Source: a virus
DNA length: 64,000 nt
IMG/VR virus record: IMGVR_UViG_3300027793_000055
Coordinates: 96,001-160,000 of that record
Direction: 5' to 3' (one strand)
Numbering within the stretch: position 1 is the first letter of the stretch; the number at the start of each line of letters is the position of its first letter. Shown here piece after piece: positions 38,976-47,373 of the stretch. The position numbers and the translations under genes are program-made. A model generated the notes under the pieces. The model searched no databases and was not told the DNA's origin. It saw nothing but the letters and a program-made list of their open reading frames with translations.

Positions 38976-39703
38976 TTTTTATCCTCTTTCTCATCTTTTT
39001 CGAGTTTCTTTTCCATCTTTTCTAATTCACTATAATAGTGTTCATATTGAGAAAGATGATTACGAGCAATATCGGCAGAAACTTGTGGATCTTTTGTATG
39101 TTCTAATTCATGTTCAATGCCTTTTCGCAATTCTTTTGGTTCAAAATCACTTGGTTTGCTATTATCTCCAACACCGCCTTTTATTTTATTTATAAACGGT
39201 CGTTTTTCAAAATCTTTTGGTATTTTTACGTGTTTTTCTTCCTTCATCGATGAAACAGAAGACAAAACTTGTATTAAATCTGGTACACAATCTCTTGGAA
39301 CTAACTTATTTACATCGGCCCAGATAAACTCACTATTTTCACTATCAAGTTTGACTGTACCGATTGCTTTATTGGTTAAAAAAAATGCGTGGTCTTGTTT
39401 TTGACTAATATCTTCTAAAAATTGTAGATCTTCCGGCATTACATTTAAACCGGTTTCTTCTTTTATCTCTCTTATCGCAGCCTGAATAAGAGTTTCTTCT
39501 TCTCTTCTCCCGCCACCCGGTAAACTCCATTTTCCGGGCATCCATTCATCACTTTCTGAACGTTTGAGAAGTAAAACAGCTCCATTATTATTTTTAATAA
39601 CTATATGTGCAGAATCAAATTTATTATCTAGGTCGGAAAGGCTTGCTTCTTCATTTTCTTTCAAAAATTTTCTCCAACTTTCAACCAACAGTTTATAGGA
39701 CAT
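38972..39703 (-). CDS. NUDIX hydrolase fused to a DUF5661-like helical domain
   Basis: Nudix box PGGGRREEETLIQAAIREIKEETGL; GIEHELEHT...IARNHL...YYSEL. Confidence 0.88.
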   Translation of the reverse strand: MSYKLLVESWRKFLKENEEASLSDLDNKFDSAHIVIKNNNGAVLLLKRSESDEWMPGKWSLPGGGRREEETLIQAAIREIKEETGLNVMPEDLQFLEDISQKQDHAFFLTNKAIGTVKLDSENSEFIWADVNKLVPRDCVPDLIQVLSSVSSMKEEKHVKIPKDFEKRPFINKIKGGVGDNSKPSDFEPKELRKGIEHELEHTKDPQVSADIARNHLSQYEHYYSELEKMEKKLEKDEKEDKK

Positions 39704-39704
39704 A

Positions 39705-39740
39705 AATAAAAAAACCTCGCCTGTATAAATAGGCGAGGTT
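39705..39740 (-). terminator. Intrinsic terminator whose loop contains a late-promoter motif
   Basis: AACCTCGCCT-ATTTATAC-AGGCGAGGTT followed by a T-run. Confidence 0.7.
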
Positions 39741-39746
39741 TATTAG

Positions 39747-39992
39747 TTATTCAACACGAATTAAGTATTTATATGATAATCTTGATACTTCTATTTCGCT
39801 TTCTTGAAAGTAAATGTCTGCAATTTTAAGAAAGTTATCACATAAAATTACAATTCCTATATCATCCTGATTAATTAGGCCATTGTTATGAGATATGATT
39901 CGTCCCCAATCTCTTGGATTTAAAATTGGTGGCCCATGATAAAAAATTAAATCACCAATTGACAGAATATCGGTTTGTATTAAAATAGACAC
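39747..39992 (-). CDS. Small SH3-like protein
   Basis: LSIGDLIFY...GIVI pattern. Confidence 0.5.
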   Translation of the reverse strand: MSILIQTDILSIGDLIFYHGPPILNPRDWGRIISHNNGLINQDDIGIVILCDNFLKIADIYFQESEIEVSRLSYKYLIRVE

Positions 39993-40007
39993 ATATTTAA
40001 ATATGCA

Positions 40008-40592
40008 TCAATCACCAGAATAGAAGTCTGGATCATTTGGATTTAAGAAATCTAATAGATTAATATCGTATTCTTCTGGATCAATAGTATTTGAACGCGA
40101 ATCCATAAGCCAACCAGTATAATCTGGTGTTTCTAGAACATCTGGAATATCCTTTGGAGTTACTTCTTTAGTTGGAACTGGTTTTTCTGACTTTTTAGGT
40201 GGTGGATCTGGTGCAAAAATAGATTTTAATGCATCATTTGTACTTTTTTTCTTAAAATCTTCCCATTTCTGAAGTTCGTTGCCGGCTTTGTATAGGGATG
40301 TTTTTCTGTCTGCCTCAAATTTTGAACTTATTATAATATGATCAGATTTAAACCATTCATAATATGTTCCCGGTGCTAGCATAGAATAGCCATCTGATAT
40401 ACTTTCTTCGAATTCAACACCAATTTTATATAAAATCAAGGTATCGTCACTGTGATCTGGTTGAATATCTTTGATAATTCCAAATTTTCCAGAAAAATTA
40501 TCATAATAGTCGCGATTAAATGACCAGCGATTCCATTTGTGATCCGGGATACCGGTAATTTCTACCCAATTTCCTATTTTAAAATTAGACAT
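40008..40592 (-). CDS. Hypothetical protein with N-terminal SH3-like motif
   Basis: FKIGNWVEI...GIIKDI. Confidence 0.55.
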   Translation of the reverse strand: MSNFKIGNWVEITGIPDHKWNRWSFNRDYYDNFSGKFGIIKDIQPDHSDDTLILYKIGVEFEESISDGYSMLAPGTYYEWFKSDHIIISSKFEADRKTSLYKAGNELQKWEDFKKKSTNDALKSIFAPDPPPKKSEKPVPTKEVTPKDIPDVLETPDYTGWLMDSRSNTIDPEEYDINLLDFLNPNDPDFYSGD

Positions 40593-40617
40593 ATTATTAA
40601 TTCTTTTAAAATACTGT

Positions 40618-40896
40618 TTATTTATTGATACAATACTGTTTTACTTCATAAGTAAGACAATTTAAATTAAGAAGTTTTAAATATTCTGCCAATTCTTCTT
40701 CAGATTCTATCCAATAATATTCTATTTCAAATGTATCAAAACAAAAAACAGAAATTAACCAAATCGGTTTTTCTTGCTTATAGTTCGGAATAGCACAACT
40801 AGTACTTAAGGAACATTTATAAAAACAATTATCAACTTTAACCCGAATAATCTCAGATTTTAATATGTTGTATAATTGTTTTATTTTTTTAATCAT
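40618..40896 (-). CDS. Hypothetical protein
   Basis: 92 aa, coupled to uvsE. Confidence 0.5.
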   Translation of the reverse strand: MIKKIKQLYNILKSEIIRVKVDNCFYKCSLSTSCAIPNYKQEKPIWLISVFCFDTFEIEYYWIESEEELAEYLKLLNLNCLTYEVKQYCINK

Positions 40897-41834
40897 ACTT
40901 TAATAGAGAAATCTTTCCTCATTTTAAATATTGCAAGATTTTTCATTTTTGCTTCGATATCTAAATCAATTAAATCTAGACGTGAAAGCTGTAATTGACA
41001 ATCTGGTACATAGTGAATATAGTTGCTATGTTTCCTACGCTCTGGAAAAGAACCTTTTTCCATTCCCGGTTCTGTATTAGAGAGATGCTGTAGCGGCTTA
41101 TAATCCACTCCATCGCGTTTCCAAGTAAGAGATGCGTATGAACACGCCTCATCACAACTAAAGCCGTCCTGATTAAACTGGTGATGATGTGAATCAAAGA
41201 CAATTGGTGTACCGGTTTCTTTATGCACGTGCAGTAGTTGCTTGACTGAAAAACAACGCTCATCGTTTTCGAGTGTTAGCCGGTTACGAATATTATCAGG
41301 TAGAATTTTGATTGTTTCAATTAGTTTAGAACTGTTGCCGCGCTTTCCACCGTGGATATTAATAGCAGCCTCCGGAGTTTCAGGGAGTCCCATTTGATCA
41401 AAGACCCACGCATGATATGCGAGTTCATTGATTGAATTTTTAATAACGTGCTCTGCATCACTATTAATAATAGTGAATTGGCCGGGATGTGTTGTGACAC
41501 GAATTCCGTTTTGTTTAAACAAGTCGCCAAGTTTTTTTAGTTTACGGCATAAAATTTGGTCATTATGAATTGTTGAAATATTAAATTCATATAGTGGAAA
41601 TAGACTACTAGAAAGTCGGAATGACTTAATATTATTTTCTACAAGTTTTTGTACAATTTTAATATGTTCATCAACATTATTATGATAGGTAGATGAAATA
41701 CGTGTTAGTGGATATTTTCCACTTTTGAAAGAGCCAAGTTGTAGACTTTTTTCATTAATAATGTTTTTATATTCAATTAAACCATTTCTTTTATTTTTTG
41801 GTTCAATCCATTGACAGCACAAGCCCAAAGCCAT
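40893..41834 (-). CDS. uvsE: UV-damage endonuclease
   Basis: LGLCC, FRLSSSLFP, RVTTHPGQF, NIHGG, RLTLENDE, VFDSHHH, QHLS, DIEAKMK. Confidence 0.92.
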   Translation of the reverse strand: MALGLCCQWIEPKNKRNGLIEYKNIINEKSLQLGSFKSGKYPLTRISSTYHNNVDEHIKIVQKLVENNIKSFRLSSSLFPLYEFNISTIHNDQILCRKLKKLGDLFKQNGIRVTTHPGQFTIINSDAEHVIKNSINELAYHAWVFDQMGLPETPEAAINIHGGKRGNSSKLIETIKILPDNIRNRLTLENDERCFSVKQLLHVHKETGTPIVFDSHHHQFNQDGFSCDEACSYASLTWKRDGVDYKPLQHLSNTEPGMEKGSFPERRKHSNYIHYVPDCQLQLSRLDLIDLDIEAKMKNLAIFKMRKDFSIKV

Positions 41835-41872
41835 TATTAACTCCTATAAATTTGGCAAACTTTATATAAACA

Positions 41873-41902
41873 AATAAAGGGGACCACCTTTCGGTGGTCC
41901 CC
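41873..41902 (-). terminator. Intrinsic terminator
   Basis: GGGGACCACC-GAAA-GGTGGTCCCC then TTTATTT. Confidence 0.85.
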
Positions 41903-41991
41903 ATATTAAGTTTTGAATATATTATGTTGGTGTGTAGATGTGGTTACTTATTACTTTTACAGACCTATTGTTGGTCCGTACTAATAATTAG

Positions 41992-42276
41992 TCACCGTGT
42001 TTCAGAAACACCAGTAACAGCTGATGAACTAGACTTGCCGGTATCAGCAGTTGTTACAGCACTATCAACATTAACAACCGGTGCTACGACGGTGGTTGAT
42101 GTTGGTGTTGCAGCTGTAGATGTGTTTGAGCCTACTTCGGTTGAAGTAGTTGGAACTTCACCAGCTACAACATCTTGACTTACAGTTGAGGCATCTGGGG
42201 CTGCTTCGACTGTATCTTTCTGTTGGCAAGCTGCAGCAAGACCAACAAGAAGTGAGAAAGTTAGAATAAAACGCAT
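41992..42276 (-). CDS. Thr/Ser/Val-rich lipoprotein
   Basis: MRFILTFSLLVGLAAAC lipobox, low-complexity mature part. Confidence 0.8.
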   Translation of the reverse strand: MRFILTFSLLVGLAAACQQKDTVEAAPDASTVSQDVVAGEVPTTSTEVGSNTSTAATPTSTTVVAPVVNVDSAVTTADTGKSSSSAVTGVSETR

Positions 42277-42329
42277 AATTAAATCCTTTTTATAAAAAGC
42301 GGGCCGCTAATTGCACCCGTTGTTCACCT

Positions 42330-42358
42330 ATCTTAGCAGAGATCCATCGCTTTGTCAA
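42330..42358 (-). promoter_or_regulatory. sigma70-type promoter of the lipoprotein gene
   Basis: TTGACA-N17-TAAGAT; GATC in spacer. Confidence 0.85.
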
Positions 42359-42621
42359 GCAGTGTTCTCACGTGATCCAACTTTTTTTTCTTTCCGGAAA
42401 TGATTAAATACAAAATCAAAAAATATCTCTAACTCATGAGTTGTATAGCCAATGCGACCTAACTTTGAAGAAAGCAGGCACATTTTTTCTAAATCATTGT
42501 TTTCTATAGCATCAAGTAATTCTTGTCCAATAGAACTTTTATTTTTTAAAAAAAGCAAGATATCTTCACCGGTACCAATTGCTGGATTATCAATATCTAT
42601 TTCTTCATAATAACGGGTCAC
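42355..42621 (-). CDS. Hypothetical protein
   Basis: 88 aa. Confidence 0.55.
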   Translation of the reverse strand: MTRYYEEIDIDNPAIGTGEDILLFLKNKSSIGQELLDAIENNDLEKMCLLSSKLGRIGYTTHELEIFFDFVFNHFRKEKKVGSRENTA

Positions 42622-42665
42622 AGGAGTACTCCAAGTTGGAGCAGCAGTTTACCACGGCAGCTGCC

Positions 42666-42692
42666 AAAAGTAAAGCACCCTGTTAAGGGTGC
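42666..42692 (-). terminator. Intrinsic terminator
   Basis: GCACCCT-TAAC-AGGGTGC then TTTACTTTT. Confidence 0.65.
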
Positions 42693-42720
42693 CTTAATTT
42701 GTATCCGGATCAAATTAATT

Positions 42721-43842
42721 TCAGTCCTTTAATACAGCTTTTGGAAGTTTTGTAAATCTACGGAATGATTCACGAAGTTCTTCTACTTGAGCCTCTTCCA
42801 TTTTTTTCTTATCTTTTTTCTTATCGTGTTCTTCTTTTTCTTTGGCAGCACTTTCACCTTTTTCGTGCTTTGCTTTTTCAGCTGCGGTTTCACCTTTGTG
42901 TTCGCCTTTTTCTTCGGCTCCACCATGTGCTTTTACTTCATCAAGTTCTTCTTCTTTAAGACCACCTTGTCCAGCTGCACGAGACATTAAATATTTAAGC
43001 CCTTTGATGCTATCTTTACTGGCTTTGCCTTTTTGAGTTATATTGGCCGGCTTTCTTTGTGCTAATAGATCACCATGCATTTCACCAGAACCGCCGCGAA
43101 GAATATCAGCGACTTTTTCTGCATTTCTAACTGAATTTTCTTTTGCAGCTGCTTTTAAAGCACTTCTGAGATCGATAGCTAGTTTGCTTTGTGGATCGAT
43201 TTCCAGATTAACCAACAAATCATCGATTATTTCATCTTTGGTTACTGTTGGCCCATATATATCGTCTTCTTCTTCATCACGCTCATCATTAGCCATTCTG
43301 ATATTTTTAATAACACTACCAACGTCACCGGCACCTGTTGTATCTTGGTGACCCAAAGTACGTGCCCAGCTGCCCTTGAATTTGGAAAGTGCGCGACCTT
43401 TCTCACCTTTTATTTCTTCAAGGCCACCTTCATATATTTTTTGTATTTGTTTGTTTTGAGCAGCTGCCTGATCTTGATAAAATTCTTGTTTACCGGCACT
43501 TAGTTGAGCTAAAAATTTATCTCCTTTATCATCGATTGCTTCAATTGAAAAGCGTGGTACTTTTGGTCCTTCAACATAAATTCCAGGTTTTGAACCAACA
43601 TATTGTACAGTTGCGCCTTCATCACCACCTTTTAATATAAATTGCATGCCTGAAATATTAACTCTTGCGAAGTCTTCGCCACTTTGTTTTGCTTTATTCA
43701 GCTGCTGAATTGCTTGATCAAATAGACCTTTATGTCTACCACTCAAGTAATCCATACCAAATACATGACCAACGCCTTCCTTCATAACCTTATCAAGTTC
43801 TTCCTTGATTATCCTTTTAAGCTTATCTTTACTTATTTTCAT
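42721..43842 (-). CDS. Probable internal head protein
   Basis: MKISKDKLKRIIKEELDKVMKEG...LRESFRRFTKL; charged EH/K repeats. Confidence 0.6.
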   Translation of the reverse strand: MKISKDKLKRIIKEELDKVMKEGVGHVFGMDYLSGRHKGLFDQAIQQLNKAKQSGEDFARVNISGMQFILKGGDEGATVQYVGSKPGIYVEGPKVPRFSIEAIDDKGDKFLAQLSAGKQEFYQDQAAAQNKQIQKIYEGGLEEIKGEKGRALSKFKGSWARTLGHQDTTGAGDVGSVIKNIRMANDERDEEEDDIYGPTVTKDEIIDDLLVNLEIDPQSKLAIDLRSALKAAAKENSVRNAEKVADILRGGSGEMHGDLLAQRKPANITQKGKASKDSIKGLKYLMSRAAGQGGLKEEELDEVKAHGGAEEKGEHKGETAAEKAKHEKGESAAKEKEEHDKKKDKKKMEEAQVEELRESFRRFTKLPKAVLKD

Positions 43843-43939
43843 TTATAAATCCTCTTGTTAACGTTAACAGGCTGCTATAATTTGCAAATTTCAGCCATTA
43901 TGTTATTATATAGTGGCACTAGTACCCATTTAATTAGTT

Positions 43940-44450
43940 TTTTACTTAACCGGTTAATTTTTTTCTCTATTTTTATGCATTTTAAAGCAGATAGCCTGCC
44001 TAATATAAACTGCAGATAATCTGCCTTGCATATGCTAACTCTACCACACTATCTATATAGCCCTGCAAAGCAACAGGATGCATTATAGGGGCTTATATCC
44101 TCCTAGGCCGATATACGGCTAACTTGTATGCCACAGCCCTTCCTATGCTGTTTAAATTAAGCATTCTATCTTAAGCTTACTAACCGGTTAATTTTTTATT
44201 TTTTATATAAGCCTATTATAGCCTATATTAGCCTTAATAAACTATTAAAACTATTAAATGCCTATATTGGTGCTTAGTGCCTAAAATTTTTCCAGAAAAT
44301 TTTCTGCCTACCCCTTTAACACAGTGTGTTAAAAAAATTTCCAAAAATTTGGCCGGTATTTCTTGCGCGTACTTAGCCGCCAGTATATACTATATCTACC
44401 ACTGGTACTTAGATTCCGGTATATAGGGGGGAGGGGGGGCACCTACCACC
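43940..44450. other. Terminus/packaging-site-like non-coding region
   Basis: About 10-bp-phased GCCTA repeats (44210-44290), AAAATTTT tracts, G6-A-G7 run at 44426-44439, TAACCGGTTA palindromes. Confidence 0.5.
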
Positions 44451-44493
44451 ATTTTTATATATTTATTTTATTGGCTTTGCTTATTTTTAAATA

Positions 44494-44521
44494 TAAAAAA
44501 ACCCACCTTGTTAGGGTGGGG
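44494..44521 (-). terminator. Intrinsic terminator ending leftward early transcription
   Basis: CCCACC(C)T-AACA-AGGTGGG then TTTTTT. Confidence 0.7.
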
Positions 44522-44583
44522 CATTATGCTATTGCTGATCTGCCGGCCAGATAGGCCGACAGACTATGTATCAATCCTAACAG

Positions 44584-44973
44584 TCAAGCGCGGACAACAG
44601 AGATAACACCATCGTCAAAGGTCACAGAAACCTTGTCACCCTTGACCAGACCAAGCAGACCAACGGGCAGACGAACAAAAGCGCCAGTCTCGCCGACTTC
44701 CTGCACAGTGTATTCACGGGTTGCGCCAACAGTAGCAGGCTTACGGCCGCGAACGCCACTGTTAACAGTAGAGAAAAGTTCGCTACGCAGAGCAGCCAGA
44801 GTATTGCCATGCTCGGTACCGTCAAACAGTGCAATAGCACCGTCAAGGGTCTTTGCGGTGAAGCCGGTACCATTGTGCAGATCACGAACCTTGCTAGCGC
44901 CGCCAGTGACAACAGCGAGGGCAATATCCTTGGCAGAAACAATAGCCTTGCGAGCGGTGTTGACGTTGGTCAT
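44584..44973 (-). CDS. Probable regulator: AT-hook-like RGRKP plus AbrB/MazE-like swapped hairpin
   Basis: RGRKPA...YTVQEVGETGAFVRLPVGLLGLVKGDKVSVTFDDGVISV; GC-rich codons. Confidence 0.65.
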   Translation of the reverse strand: MTNVNTARKAIVSAKDIALAVVTGGASKVRDLHNGTGFTAKTLDGAIALFDGTEHGNTLAALRSELFSTVNSGVRGRKPATVGATREYTVQEVGETGAFVRLPVGLLGLVKGDKVSVTFDDGVISVVRA

Positions 44974-45043
44974 AGTATATACCTCTTATCACGAACAAGA
45001 CGGTTAGGTTAGGAAAGCAGCTAGCGGTTACCGTCACCCGCTC

Positions 45044-45170
45044 GCCACCAGCACATTATAGCACGGGCTGAAAAGGAAGTCAAGCCCTCCGATGCTGCCG
45101 GCGTAAGTGCCTGAAAAGAGGGTTAATTTTTTTAGTGTATGTGATCTGGGAGAGATCACCGGGAGATCAC
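45044..45170 (-). promoter_or_regulatory. Early promoter module 1 (GTGATCT box, IHF-like site, TTGACT-N17-TATAAT)
   Basis: -10 at 45055-60, -35 at 45078-83, TAAGTGCCTGAAA at 45104, GTGATCT-N5-AGATCAC at 45141. Confidence 0.85.
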
Positions 45171-45276
45171 TATATCTGATCTGTAACAGTTAAGGAGAGA
45201 TCACGTGATACCTCTAGCTATAGCTATCGATACTTTTTTTATATACTCTCGCTAACTGCTCTTGCAGGAATAGAAT

Positions 45277-45303
45277 AACAAAAAACCGGCCTATAGGCCG
45301 GTT
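45277..45303 (-). terminator. Palindromic terminator
   Basis: AACCGGCCTATAGGCCGGTT followed by a T-run. Confidence 0.75.
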
Positions 45304-45334
45304 GGTATATACTTAATCTTCTGCAGTAGCTTGA

Positions 45335-45571
45335 TCAAAAAGCGGTGGAAAGCTCGCACACATCGACTTCCACAATAGCATCATGCTGCTTGACCATTGC
45401 AATATTGCCACACGGTGAAACGCGCATCACATGTCCACTGTGCTCTTTACGATAGATCTCGACAGTCCGGCCCAGCTTGATACGTTCAAGGGTCTGCCAG
45501 ATAACCGGCTTACCATCGAGATAGTGTGGGCGCGTTGTCATCATATAACCGGGCAGCTTAGGCTTATTCAT
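45335..45571 (-). CDS. Hypothetical small beta protein
   Basis: 78 aa, AGGAG SD. Confidence 0.6.
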   Translation of the reverse strand: MNKPKLPGYMMTTRPHYLDGKPVIWQTLERIKLGRTVEIYRKEHSGHVMRVSPCGNIAMVKQHDAIVEVDVCELSTAF

Positions 45572-45609
45572 GATATATCTCCTAGGAAAGAGTTAACGTT
45601 AACGTTATA

Positions 45610-45777
45610 TCAAAGGCCCAGCATGCTGGCCTGAACATGTCTTTTTTCACTGTGACGGATGCCACGCCGTGTTGCAATCTTAACATGTCGACGCCAAAGA
45701 GAACCGGGCGAAACACATCGGCGGCAGATACATTCAGAAGCGGCACCATTGGCAAGGGAGCGGGTTTCTTTCGTCAT
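45610..45777 (-). CDS. Small basic protein, probably leaderless (55 aa from MTKETR)
   Basis: ATG lies 6 nt after the -10 box. Confidence 0.5.
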   Translation of the reverse strand: MTKETRSLANGAASECICRRCVSPGSLWRRHVKIATRRGIRHSEKRHVQASMLGL

Positions 45778-45783
45778 AGGCAC

Positions 45784-45897
45784 ATTATGCCACAAGCCCG
45801 CCGGAAAGTCAAGCGGGAATGTGTGCGGCTGTAACCGGTTGAAAAAAGGGCTTTTTCTTTCATTATATCTGATCTGCGCAGTTAACTGACGAGATCA
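45784..45897 (-). promoter_or_regulatory. Early promoter module 2
   Basis: TTGACT-N17-CATAAT; TAACCGGTTGAAA at 45832; TGATCT...AGATCA at 45870 and 45892. Confidence 0.8.
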
Positions 45898-45907
45898 GAT
45901 ATAAAAG

Positions 45908-46090
45908 TTAATATGGCAGATCATCATCACAGTATGGTGAAAGTGGTAGGATAAGTACGGTACCAGATGATACTTTTTCTTGACCTTGCTTTTTTCCATC
46001 GATATCATAGTGCACTTCTGAAAAGTGATGATCGGGGATATCATAATAACCATCCTGAACGTAGAGATATTCCATATCTTTAATCCTCAC
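45908..46090 (-). CDS. Hypothetical protein
   Basis: 60 aa, GAGG SD. Confidence 0.45.
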   Translation of the reverse strand: MRIKDMEYLYVQDGYYDIPDHHFSEVHYDIDGKKQGQEKVSSGTVLILPLSPYCDDDLPY

Positions 46091-46155
46091 CGGTTGAATA
46101 ATCTATATAGAAAACAGGCACCCACGCCCGTTCACCTTCTTTTTTATTCTTCCGG

Positions 46156-46368
46156 TTAACTGTTATTCTTTTGCAACCAGCATTCCACCAGTTCCCGTAA
46201 AGATACTGTGGCCAGAACATGTTCTGGTTCTACTGTATCAATCCTACCAGAATCAAAAACTTCACCCTCACCTTCCCAAGTAAGAAAAGAAACCTGCACA
46301 CCAGAAACTACATCCCAAGTCTCACCATCCGAAAGTGTAACAAAAGGGGTTGCGTCTGCCAGATTCAT
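46156..46368 (-). CDS. Hypothetical acidic protein
   Basis: 70 aa, GGAGG SD. Confidence 0.6.
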   Translation of the reverse strand: MNLADATPFVTLSDGETWDVVSGVQVSFLTWEGEGEVFDSGRIDTVEPEHVLATVSLRELVECWLQKNNS

Positions 46369-46417
46369 ATATCTACCTCCCTTAAGGGAAAAAGTGGCGA
46401 TTCTATATAGAAAGAAA

Positions 46418-46852
46418 CTAGCTAGCCATATTCACCAGATGGGCAATAACACGAGGATCATTAAGATCATGCTTTTCCAGCATATCTTCGATCTTATTCT
46501 GAAGTGCATAGAAGCCCATATCGTTTTTCTTTTTGGCATATGCCATAAGACCGGCAAGGTTAACGAGCAAACCATATTCCTGCAGGGAGTGAACACGATT
46601 AACTGTATCGTTAATCGTCTGGCACATATTCCTGCGAGCCATCTCTCTATCTTTAATAACCTGATCATCACGTTGCCGCTGACGAATAGCCTTCTCAGTC
46701 TTAGCAACAGAAACAATATAGTTAACCTGATCAGTCAGCATATCAAGATCACTGTCACTCAAACCAGCAACCTCCCCACGGCTCATGCTACCAATGGTAG
46801 TGATTGCATCCTGAAGCATTGCGAGGGTTTCAGCGGTGAGTGCGTTCGTCAT
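46418..46852 (-). CDS. Hypothetical helical protein, probably leaderless
   Basis: TATAAT-GCCCCT-ATG. Confidence 0.65.
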   Translation of the reverse strand: MTNALTAETLAMLQDAITTIGSMSRGEVAGLSDSDLDMLTDQVNYIVSVAKTEKAIRQRQRDDQVIKDREMARRNMCQTINDTVNRVHSLQEYGLLVNLAGLMAYAKKKNDMGFYALQNKIEDMLEKHDLNDPRVIAHLVNMAS

Positions 46853-46858
46853 AGGGGC

Positions 46859-46974
46859 ATTATAGCAGAACCGGCAGGAAAGTCAAGCACAGACTGCCCG
46901 CGATGCTAAACCCGCGATATATGGGGGCTTTTCATTTATTATACGTGATCTCTAATCGATCCCGGAGAGATCAC
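46859..46974 (-). promoter_or_regulatory. Early promoter module 3
   Basis: TTGACT-N16-TATAAT; degenerate IHF-like site at 46907; GTGATCT at 46945, AGATCAC at 46968. Confidence 0.8.
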
Positions 46975-46994
46975 TATCCTTTTTTATAAGGATC

Positions 46995-47225
46995 CTCTCC
47001 TATCCCAGCATGATTCCTGAACCGGCTTTTCTAGCCAATATTTATAAAATGGCTTCCGGATGCGGAGCACCCTTTTTTATAGCCTTTTATTCGACTTTCT
47101 CCCTATCTCTGAATGATTTAAAAATACACTTTTCTAGCCAATATCTATAAAACGGCTTCCTACTGCGGAACACCTTTTTCTATACCGTTTTATACGGTTT
47201 CTCCCCTATCCCATGATGATTCTAG
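46995..47225. repeat. Imperfect tandem repeat, period about 103 bp, about 2.2 copies
   Basis: TTTTCTAGCCAATAT.TATAAAA.GGCTTCC...TGCGGA.CACC.TTTTT at 47027 and 47130; CTCCC(C)TATC...ATGATT near 46995, 47098, 47200. Confidence 0.85.
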
Positions 47226-47373
47226 TAATCTAGCTGCAGCATATATTCTATATACAGGTTAAACCTATAGGGTACTAACAAGCTTGTATTTTAAAATATA
47301 AACTTTTTTATCTTTTTTTTATCTTTTTTCTCTTTTTCTATTCTTTTTCTAAAATGGTACACTATTTAATTTG

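Noticed and set aside
46208-46909. 233-aa + strand ORF
   Set aside because: Antisense shadow of two minus-strand genes that have their own promoter, SD or leaderless start
46995-47225. Possible CRISPR mini-array
   Set aside because: The period is about 103 bp, similarity extends across the whole unit, and there are no identical repeats with unique spacers
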